A DNA stretch of 50,494 nt. It comes from a virus. Taxonomy: Duplodnaviria > Caudoviricetes. Location of the stretch: IMG/VR virus record IMGVR_UViG_3300020020_000046, positions 1 to 50,494 of that record; one strand, 5' to 3'. The stretch's first letter is position 1. Every line of letters begins with the position of its first letter. Shown here one piece after another: positions 42,940-50,494 of the stretch. The notes under the pieces are model-generated. The model worked only from the letters and a program-made list of their open reading frames with translations. It ran no database searches and had not been told where the DNA came from. The translations under genes were made by a program, and so were the position numbers.

Positions 42940-44079
42940 TTAGAACAGGCCGGTCGTGGCGAGGGTGTGGATACGGGCGTGAGCGGCTTCGAGCCGGACC
43001 TCGCTCGTGTATTCGCCGCTGATCTGCCACACGTCGTACTCCTTCGACAGCGGCGGCAGCTTCATCGTCGAGAGGGACCGGCCCGTGAGGGGCCCGAACC
43101 CGATCTTGTCCTCGTCCAGAATCCACACCTCGTCGATCGGCATGTGCCGGTCGAGCAGGATGTCGAGCTGGCCGAAGTTGGTCTTGTAGCGCCGGACCAT
43201 CGTGCCCAGCATCTCGTCCTCGTAGTCCGCCTCGCGGTAACCGTCGAGGAACGAGTTGATGCGTCGGGCCTGGGTGGCGTTGGTGACGAGCAGCGACGGC
43301 TCGGCGCCGGCATCCCAAATGGCCTGCATCGCGTCCTCGAGCATGGGCTGCGTCAGCGCCGCCAAGGCCTTGTTGTAGACGTTGGTGATGATGCGCGGCT
43401 GGATGCCGTCCATCGAGCCCGGCAGGACCGCCGTGGCCTGGCTCTTGCGACCGAACAGGAGCGTCCGCTCCATGTTCACGCCGATGATCTCGAGCTGGGC
43501 CCCGATCTGGTACTCCGGGTCGTTCTGACGGGTGTATTTGTCGGTCACCTGCATGGTGGCCGAGACCTTCACCTCCTCCTCGAAAATCTGCGTGTAGTTG
43601 AACAGGCCCGACTTGGTCGTGGTGCGAGCACCGGCGAGGTCGGAGCCCTGCAGCATCGCAGGGGCGAGAAGGGTGATGAGAACGGCCGAGGGGTGAGCCG
43701 CGTTGACCGAGCCGCCCCAGGCGCGCGACACGGTGATCGTGTTGGCGGCCGTGGCCGTGACCCGGACGAGCTCCTGCTCGACCTTGAGGATGTCGTTGAT
43801 GCGGAACTTCGTGTTGCCGTCGCCCGCGGTGATGGTCACGACGACCGGGTCGGTCACGTTGTTGAACGTGGCGCCGACGTCGTTGGACGTGGTCCCGCGG
43901 ACCGTGTCCTCGAGCCACTCGTGCTTGACCGCCGTCACCGCATCGCGGGTGGAGTCGCGACCGATGCGCAGCAGGAGCGGCGTGTCGACAGGCTTGAGCT
44001 TGTCGAGCGCGCTCGAAATGTCGATGGCCTCGTTCACCGTGTCCGAGTAGGTGAACCTCTGGCCTGCGATGACAGCCAT
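42940..44079 (-). CDS. Major capsid protein (SU10/DUF5309 type), 379 aa
   Basis: DTPLL, KHEWLED, NYTQIF, MERTLLFG, MDGI, YKTNFG and GEYTSEVR motifs; follows the scaffold. Confidence 0.9.
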   Translation of the reverse strand: MAVIAGQRFTYSDTVNEAIDISSALDKLKPVDTPLLLRIGRDSTRDAVTAVKHEWLEDTVRGTTSNDVGATFNNVTDPVVVTITAGDGNTKFRINDILKVEQELVRVTATAANTITVSRAWGGSVNAAHPSAVLITLLAPAMLQGSDLAGARTTTKSGLFNYTQIFEEEVKVSATMQVTDKYTRQNDPEYQIGAQLEIIGVNMERTLLFGRKSQATAVLPGSMDGIQPRIITNVYNKALAALTQPMLEDAMQAIWDAGAEPSLLVTNATQARRINSFLDGYREADYEDEMLGTMVRRYKTNFGQLDILLDRHMPIDEVWILDEDKIGFGPLTGRSLSTMKLPPLSKEYDVWQISGEYTSEVRLEAAHARIHTLATTGLF

Positions 44080-44109
44080 TGGCGGGAGCCTCCATTGGGC
44101 GCCGCCGGG

Positions 44110-44805
44110 TTACTTGCGGTCGGACCTCGCAGCGTTCGCGTCGCGGAACAAACCGCGCAGCGCTCCTACGACCTTCGACTCGCGACCCCGGGGCGCGGAC
44201 TCAGTCGATCGTGGAGCCGCATCGCCCTCGCTCGTGTCGAGTCCGCCGGGTTCCTCGTCACCCTCGCCGCTCGCGTCGGGCTCGTCGTCCGTGTCGGTTG
44301 CCGCCGGGCTGGTCTCGCCACCGTGCTTGTCGCGGAACGCGGCAATGGCGGTGAACATTTCCTCGATGTCGTCGCTGGTCCGTGCGAGGTTCAGCACCTC
44401 GATCGCGTCGGCGGTGAAGTCGTCACCGTAGACGGCTGACTGGACCCTGATCTCGAGCTGGCGCGCCTTCGCTATGGCGTCGCGCTCACGCTCGCTGACC
44501 TCCTCCACGTCCTCGTCCGCTTCGTCACTCGGGGCGCCGTTGCGGATGGCTTGGAGGGCTGCGATGACTTCGGCCTGGCCGGCACCCTTCTCGAGACCGA
44601 GCTCCTTGCGGATCGCGGCGTTGGTTTGGGTTGCCCTGGTGTATTCGGCCTGAGCGATCTGAGCGGTGCGGGCCGGTGACTGGTCCGGGCTTTCCTCGGG
44701 CTCCTCCGCCTCGGCTGGTTCCCCCTCGTCGGGTGGAGTGCCGGCGGCAGGCTCCTCGAGCTCGGCCTCGGGTGTCTCGGGCTCGTCATCCATCGCCGCG
44801 GACAC
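44110..44805 (-). CDS. Capsid scaffolding protein, ~231 aa
   Basis: Acidic, AEYTRATQ coiled coil, immediately upstream of the MCP. Confidence 0.75.
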   Translation of the reverse strand: MSAAMDDEPETPEAELEEPAAGTPPDEGEPAEAEEPEESPDQSPARTAQIAQAEYTRATQTNAAIRKELGLEKGAGQAEVIAALQAIRNGAPSDEADEDVEEVSERERDAIAKARQLEIRVQSAVYGDDFTADAIEVLNLARTSDDIEEMFTAIAAFRDKHGGETSPAATDTDDEPDASGEGDEEPGGLDTSEGDAAPRSTESAPRGRESKVVGALRGLFRDANAARSDRK

Positions 44806-44807
44806 TA

Positions 44808-47800
44808 TCAGCCGCCGGGGATCGTCGTCAAGGTCTCCGTCGGCAGCTCGTACTCGGCCTCACCCATGACGCGCTGGTTCTCGGCGTCGATCTCCGACGT
44901 GACCGGCGCCTCGGGCTTCTTGCGACCGATGGTGATGGACTGCGGGAAGAACGACTGCAGCTGCTCCTTGGCCCCCTCGGGCAGCCCCTCGAGCAGCCCG
45001 CCGGCCTTGGTCTGCTCGGCGATGAGCCGCGGCACGAGCGACAGGTTCGTGTAGATGGGCCCCACGCCGAAGATGCCCTGGCTGCGCTCGTAGTCGGGGT
45101 ACAGCATCATCCGGGTCCACGGCGACATGCTCACGCCGAGCTCGGTCGGAATGATCGGCAGCAGCATCCCGGCGATGAAATAGAGCGTCTTGTTCGCGGC
45201 GAACCCCGCCCGGTAGCGCTCGTCGGCCACCCAGCGGCGGCGATGCTCGTCGTAGACGTGCTGGAACGCGCCAGCGACCGACGCGCCGGTGTCGACGCCC
45301 GCGGCCTCCTCGAACATGAACCGGGCCAACCACTTCGTGGCCTTGATCTGGTAGCTGATCGGCCAGAACAGCAGGGGGTGGTTCGCGAGGCGCTGGATGT
45401 TGCTCCGGTTCTCCTGCCCGAAGAAGGTCGCCGTGAGGTTGTGGAACAGGTCGGCGTTGACCGCCGCCAGCCGGTCCAGCAACCCGGCCATCGCCGGATC
45501 GGCCGTCCGAGCGAGCTCCGCGTCGATCGCCGGGTGCGCGCTGTAGCGGCGAGCCTTGACGAACTCGCCGAACGTCGTCTCGTCGATGACCCCGTCGCGC
45601 AGCCAGCGCCCGAAGAACGCCTCGGCCTCGCCCACCGTGGCGAACTCCTTGGTCCCGCGCTCGAGCAGCTGCCAGTCGCGGTCGAGCCGGTCGAGGAACG
45701 CCCCGACGTCGCCGCCATCGCTCTCATCGACCATCCGGCGCAGGCCAGGCTCCTCGCGCATCATCGTCTTGACGATCTCGCGGAACGGGCGGCGCTGCTC
45801 GCGCGACAGCTCGGCGGTCATGTAGCGGTGGCGGACCGCGGTGCCTTGCTCGAGGTCGGTCACGTTGGCCCAATGGGCGTACTCGCGGAAGGCGAGCTGC
45901 TGGGCATCGATCCCAAACGCGAGCGGCTGCGAGGTCGACTCGGTCAGCTCGGCCCGGTCGGCGGAGCGCAGCAGCTTGCCCGACTTGCGCGCGACCGACG
46001 CCTCGAGGACCGGGCCCACGCCGCCCCGCGGCAGGGTCAGCATCAGCGGCTCGATCGCCTCGAGGGCCAGCCAGCGGATGTCGGCCAGGAACCGGACGGC
46101 GTGATAGAGCACGGTCATGTAGCGCCCGGTGCCCTCGCCGAGATCGGCGGCCTTGCCGTACAGCACCTCGAGCTTGCGCGAGATCGGCAGGTCGCTCTTG
46201 AGGACGAACTGGCGAACGCGGTTGTCGGCGCGCCGCCACAGCTTCGCCGGGCTGGTGCCGTTGGCGGCGATCTCCGTCCGCCATTGCGGGACGTTCTCGC
46301 CGTAGACCTCCTTCATCGCGTTGTCGAACATCCGGTTGAGGTTCTCGGGCCCCATGAGCGCGATCCGGCGGTACAGCATCTTGCCCGCGACCTGCACCGC
46401 CTCCTGATGCTCGCGCCACAGCTCGAACGAGCGATCGACGACCTTGCCGACCCGGTCGAGCTCACCGATGTCGACGCCCGCCTCGTCGACGTACTTCGCG
46501 ATCTCATCGCCGAAGCGAGCGACCGCCTGGGCCCTGATCTGCTGCTCCGGTCGCGGCCCGGCGATCGTGTCGAGAATCCTCGCGATGCGGCTGTTGCCGA
46601 CGCGCCGCGGGATGTCCTCCATGCGCCCGACCTGCAGCTCCTCGGTCAGCCCCGGGACGAGGTCGCCGGCGAAGCGATCGCGCCACAGGATGCGCGGCGC
46701 CAGCGACGTGCCCGCCGGGCCCTTGGGCGGCTTGGCCAGCACGTACTGCGCACCGAGGAAGCCCTCGATGACCGGCAGGTCCGGGTCGACCTTCACGACC
46801 TCGGCGAGATCGTCCATGACGACCTTGATCCGGTCCTGCAGACCCTCCGCGTCAAAGTCGTTGACCGGCGTGCCGAGCTTGGCCGCGAAGCGGCTCTGCG
46901 CCCGGACGCCCTTGCGCGTGATGGCCTCCTCGAGCGTTCCGTTGGCCAGGCGCATGAGGTGGGTCCGCAGCTGCATCGCCTCGGGCGGCGTGAGCCCGAT
47001 GCCGGTGGTCGGGTCGGCGTACACGCCCCGGTCGATGCTCTCGATGGCATCCATGACCGACGCGAGCCCGGTCGGCTCAACGCTGCCGATGGCCCCGGCC
47101 AGCTGGTCGACGTCGGAGCCGCGCATCAACCGATCCCACATGCCCCGCGTCTCGTCGTCGGGGAACACGCTGGCGCGCTCCTCGATGGCCGGCTGGGCGG
47201 TACGCGCCTCCTCGACGGCGGCGCGGGCAGCCTCGACGTCGGCGAGCGCCTGCAGACGATTCTGCTCGATGCGCTCGGCCATGACGCGAGCGTCGGGGGC
47301 GTGGACCTCGTACACGCGGCGCTGTCCATCCTCGACCGCAGGCGCCCCGACGGCCCGCCTGACGGCTCGGTTCACCGTCGGGTTGTCTCCGACGATGACG
47401 GTGTGCTCGGCCGCAGCCATCGCCTCGGTCACGGCCGGCACGTCGACGTCGAACGCCACGTCCGGCCCGACGTCCTCGGCGAGCTGCTCGCGAGTCAACG
47501 GCTTCTGCGGCTTGGGCTTGATGACCTTGGCCTTGCGCTTCGCCAGCCAGGCGTCCGTCTCGGCGCGCGTCGCCTGATCAGCCTCGACCCGGGCCCGGAG
47601 CACCGCGAGCTCGGCGGTGTCCTTGGCCGTCGGCGCGAACCGCTTGCGCAGCCCCTCGAGCTGGGTCTCCCACCCGCTCGGGTGGTCGTTGGTGAGACGC
47701 ATGTTGAGCTTGCCCGCCGCGTTCCGCCGGAACCCGCCGCCGAGGGCATCGAGGAACAGCAGCTCGGCGGGCGTCGCCGATCCGTCGTTGGCCGACTCAA

Positions 47801-50494
47801 GCAGCGCCCGGAAGAAGTCATGCTGCTCGGGCGTGAACGGCGTCCAGTTCTCGTAGGGCGGCTCGGCGTAGGTGTTCTTGAACGTACCCCACGTGTCGGC
47901 GATGTCGCGGACCTCGGCCTCGAACGCCGGGTAGTCGACCCTGGCGCCCTCGTCGATCGCGTCGAACGCCGGGTCGCCCTGCTGCACGAGCGGGTCGTTG
48001 TCTGCGGTGCGCCGCACGACCTCCGCGTCGACCTCGTCTGCCGCGAGCGGCTGCGACATCCGTGCAGGGCCCTCCGTGGTGCCGATGACCGACTCGCTGA
48101 TGGCCGTGCCGAGCGGCACGTCGTAGGGCGCCTCGGTGCTGGGGAAGTAGTCGATCTCGGCCTTGCCGGTCGCGACGCGCTGGATGTTCCACGCCCGGAC
48201 GCCCTCGTTGAGCATCCCCGTGTAGTCGCGCTCGGGGATATCGGCGAACATGAGCTCCTGCCCACGCGCCGGCGCCTCGAGCGCGGCGTCGGCCGTGGCC
48301 CGCATGAACTCGCGGACCTCACGCTGCGTGGCGCTCTGCGCGAGCAGCTTGGCCAGGTGGGTCTGGACCGGGGTCAGGGTCATGCTGTCGAACGCCGTCA
48401 CGTTGTCGAGCGCCTGCAGAACGCCCTCCATGCTCAGGCCGGTCCCGCGCAGCTCGACGATGCGGGCCAGCGCCGGGGCGAGATCGTCGCCGAAGGTCAG
48501 GATGTCGGGCCCGATCGCGCCCTCCTCGGCACGCTCGTATGCCTTGATGACCTGCGCGGTCCCCTCGGCCAGTCCGTTGCTGATGCGCTTGATCTCCTCG
48601 CCCGCCTGCTCGGCCACCTGAAACACGACGATCCGCGCCGACTCGAACCCGGGCGAGGTGCGGTCGTCGGCGCGCAGCAGCTTCGAGATCAGGACCGCCT
48701 CGAGCAGATTGGCACCCTGCTCGTTGAGCCCGGTCTGCGGGTCGAAGTAGCGGCTGTGCATGTCGAGCGGCAGGCGACCGATCATGCGCGCCACGGCGCC
48801 CGTGTTGCCGGGGGCCCGGATGGCCGCCGCGAGGCTCTGCTCGGCGCCGACGTCGAACTCGCGGATGTCCGCCCGGGTCAACGCCGCGGCCACCGACGGG
48901 GCGAGGTCGGCGATCGGCATTTCGTTGAGCTGCCAGGCAAGCCGCTCCATCAGCGGCCCGTCGGCGTCGACGAGCTCGCGAACCAGCATCGGGCGGCCCA
49001 TCGCGTTGACGTCCTCCACGGCGATGCCATACTTGCCCGCCTCGGCCTGGATGCGGACCTTGTAGCGGCCGAACTGCTCGCCCGACGCGAGCCGCAGGGC
49101 CATCGTCCGGCCGTTGCCGGCGATGACCGCCCCGTCGGCGTTGACGATCGGCATACCCGACCCGCCCTCGGTCACGCCCACGAGCTTGTCGGGCTGGATG
49201 TCGGCCGCGTAGCGCTGGACCTGCTCGGCGCTCGACGCCCGCACGCCGCGGGCCCGGGGCTGCAGCTCGCGCGGGAACCCGGGCTCGTCGCTGGTCAGCA
49301 GGTCGGCCGCGTCGACGAGCACCACCCGCGACCGGATCGGCGTCCGGTTGTCGGCCGGATCAAGGAACGTGACATCCGTCGTCTGCGGGCCGACGTCGAC
49401 ACCCTCCTCGAACCCGTGCGAGGCTGGGTCGACCTTGCGCTCAGCGTACTGCGCTCGGCGCTCGAGCAGCGCGGCGTTGTCCGCCTCGAACTGGCGGCCC
49501 TGCGCCTCGACCTGGGCCTCGCGGACGCGCTGGGCCTCGGTGATCTGCTCGACGATGGGGAGCGGTGGCGGCTCGGCGCCGCGGCTGACCAGCTCCGCCT
49601 GCAGGACGCGCTGGGCCGCGATGGCGCCGTACTCCTGCCTCGCGATGGCGTCGGCGATCTCGTCGTCGGACCAGCCGCGAGCGAAATAGGCGAGCTGCTT
49701 GTAGCCCGCCTCGGCGTCCTGCACGGACCCGGGGTACTTGATGAGCTGGCCCTCGGCGTCGCGCGGGATGCCGCGCCGCTCGAGCTCGGCGTCGAGGAAC
49801 GGCTTGTCGTGCTTGGCCCGGGCGACGCGGTCGCGGAGGTCCTCGGTCTGCTTCTGCGTGAAGTCCCGCGCCGCGGCCTTGGCGCCCTCGATCGTCGAGT
49901 AGCGCCCCTTGCCGGGCGTGTCGAGCGGCGCCTGGCCACTCTGGTCCGCCTTGTTGAGCGCATCGGTCGTGTAGGTGTAGTACGCCGGCACGGCCGGGAT
50001 GACGCTCTCGCCCTCCGGCCGCATCGCGAGCTCCGGCTGGGCCTTGACCTTGACCACCTTGGGCTTGTAGTCGGGGACCGCGTCATCGTCGTAGCGCGCC
50101 AGCCCGTCGGCCCGGACAACGAGGTCGTGCAGGTTCGAGTCGGGCACCTGGTCGAGCCGATCGACGGGCAGGTGCTCCCAACTGTAGCCGCCCTGCAGCC
50201 GTTGCGCGTCGAGTGATGCGCTCTCCGCGAGCGCCTCGAACTCGCGGGGCGTCCATTGGCGCGCGAACCCGCGACTCGCACGCACCGGGCCGGGCTCGCC
50301 CACCGGGCCGCCGGGACGCTCAGGGCGCGACAGCGGCGCCGGGGCGGCCTCGGGCACCGCTGCAGGGGCTTCCGGGGCAACAGGGGCCATTTCTGACGGG
50401 CGTGGGGCCTCCTCACTGGCCGCCAACGCTTCGAGCTCGGCGACGGGCGGCTCCTGCTCCGCTACGTGCTGCTCGAGGAACTTGCGTCGAGCGG
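44808..50494 (-). CDS. Giant internal virion protein, C-terminal part, with DdrB-like ParB domain
   Basis: Open to the window end; LQPRAR...GMPIV..VIAGNGRTMAL...PMLVR domain at about 48680-49400. Confidence 0.85.
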   Translation of the reverse strand, partial: ARRKFLEQHVAEQEPPVAELEALAASEEAPRPSEMAPVAPEAPAAVPEAAPAPLSRPERPGGPVGEPGPVRASRGFARQWTPREFEALAESASLDAQRLQGGYSWEHLPVDRLDQVPDSNLHDLVVRADGLARYDDDAVPDYKPKVVKVKAQPELAMRPEGESVIPAVPAYYTYTTDALNKADQSGQAPLDTPGKGRYSTIEGAKAAARDFTQKQTEDLRDRVARAKHDKPFLDAELERRGIPRDAEGQLIKYPGSVQDAEAGYKQLAYFARGWSDDEIADAIARQEYGAIAAQRVLQAELVSRGAEPPPLPIVEQITEAQRVREAQVEAQGRQFEADNAALLERRAQYAERKVDPASHGFEEGVDVGPQTTDVTFLDPADNRTPIRSRVVLVDAADLLTSDEPGFPRELQPRARGVRASSAEQVQRYAADIQPDKLVGVTEGGSGMPIVNADGAVIAGNGRTMALRLASGEQFGRYKVRIQAEAGKYGIAVEDVNAMGRPMLVRELVDADGPLMERLAWQLNEMPIADLAPSVAAALTRADIREFDVGAEQSLAAAIRAPGNTGAVARMIGRLPLDMHSRYFDPQTGLNEQGANLLEAVLISKLLRADDRTSPGFESARIVVFQVAEQAGEEIKRISNGLAEGTAQVIKAYERAEEGAIGPDILTFGDDLAPALARIVELRGTGLSMEGVLQALDNVTAFDSMTLTPVQTHLAKLLAQSATQREVREFMRATADAALEAPARGQELMFADIPERDYTGMLNEGVRAWNIQRVATGKAEIDYFPSTEAPYDVPLGTAISESVIGTTEGPARMSQPLAADEVDAEVVRRTADNDPLVQQGDPAFDAIDEGARVDYPAFEAEVRDIADTWGTFKNTYAEPPYENWTPFTPEQHDFFRALLESANDGSATPAELLFLDALGGGFRRNAAGKLNMRLTNDHPSGWETQLEGLRKRFAPTAKDTAELAVLRARVEADQATRAETDAWLAKRKAKVIKPKPQKPLTREQLAEDVGPDVAFDVDVPAVTEAMAAAEHTVIVGDNPTVNRAVRRAVGAPAVEDGQRRVYEVHAPDARVMAERIEQNRLQALADVEAARAAVEEARTAQPAIEERASVFPDDETRGMWDRLMRGSDVDQLAGAIGSVEPTGLASVMDAIESIDRGVYADPTTGIGLTPPEAMQLRTHLMRLANGTLEEAITRKGVRAQSRFAAKLGTPVNDFDAEGLQDRIKVVMDDLAEVVKVDPDLPVIEGFLGAQYVLAKPPKGPAGTSLAPRILWRDRFAGDLVPGLTEELQVGRMEDIPRRVGNSRIARILDTIAGPRPEQQIRAQAVARFGDEIAKYVDEAGVDIGELDRVGKVVDRSFELWREHQEAVQVAGKMLYRRIALMGPENLNRMFDNAMKEVYGENVPQWRTEIAANGTSPAKLWRRADNRVRQFVLKSDLPISRKLEVLYGKAADLGEGTGRYMTVLYHAVRFLADIRWLALEAIEPLMLTLPRGGVGPVLEASVARKSGKLLRSADRAELTESTSQPLAFGIDAQQLAFREYAHWANVTDLEQGTAVRHRYMTAELSREQRRPFREIVKTMMREEPGLRRMVDESDGGDVGAFLDRLDRDWQLLERGTKEFATVGEAEAFFGRWLRDGVIDETTFGEFVKARRYSAHPAIDAELARTADPAMAGLLDRLAAVNADLFHNLTATFFGQENRSNIQRLANHPLLFWPISYQIKATKWLARFMFEEAAGVDTGASVAGAFQHVYDEHRRRWVADERYRAGFAANKTLYFIAGMLLPIIPTELGVSMSPWTRMMLYPDYERSQGIFGVGPIYTNLSLVPRLIAEQTKAGGLLEGLPEGAKEQLQSFFPQSITIGRKKPEAPVTSEIDAENQRVMGEAEYELPTETLTTIPGG

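Larger units (their letters stand above)
1..50494. mobile_element. Probable complete tailed bacteriophage genome (circularly permuted, ~50,487 bp)
   Basis: TerL, portal, capsid, tail and lysis genes present; no host housekeeping genes; 7-nt terminal overlap that restores a reading frame across the ends. Confidence 0.9.

Noticed and set aside
44631-50216. 1861-aa plus-strand ORF
   Set aside because: Exact antisense shadow of the giant minus-strand gene; typical of high-GC codon bias

Overview
The window looks like a complete, very GC-rich tailed-phage (Caudoviricetes) genome. The last 7 nt (CGAGCGG, 50488-50494) repeat the first 7 nt. Collapsing them gives a 50,487-bp circle and joins two open-ended minus-strand ORFs into one ~3,169-aa protein carrying a DdrB-like ParB domain. 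About 45 kb is read on the minus strand in this order: basic/HTH genes, a fibre-like module, replication initiator with iterons, TerS, TerL, portal, histone-H1-like and large internal proteins, scaffold, SU10/DUF5309-type capsid, decoration, adaptor, Dit-like, hub-like and receptor-binding proteins, lysis genes, a TopoVI-A/Spo11-like plus annealase recombination module, secreted proteins, HNH and VRR-NUC. A 4.6-kb plus-strand cluster of small early-type genes (23069-27692) diverges from a ~1-kb non-coding control region. I found no integrase, DNA polymerase, helicase, tRNA or CRISPR array. The most unusual points are: (1) a podovirus-type head, adaptor and ejection set joined to siphovirus-type Dit/hub tail-tip genes with no recognisable tail tube or nozzle; (2) a battery of H1-like basic proteins; (3) a lone Spo11/TopoVI-A-like nuclease coupled to an annealase-OB-OB fusion; (4) an apparent RNA/DNA regulatory layer (operator, extended -10 promoters, anti-SD sRNA, hairpin switch). 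All family assignments come from motif recognition by eye, not from database searches.
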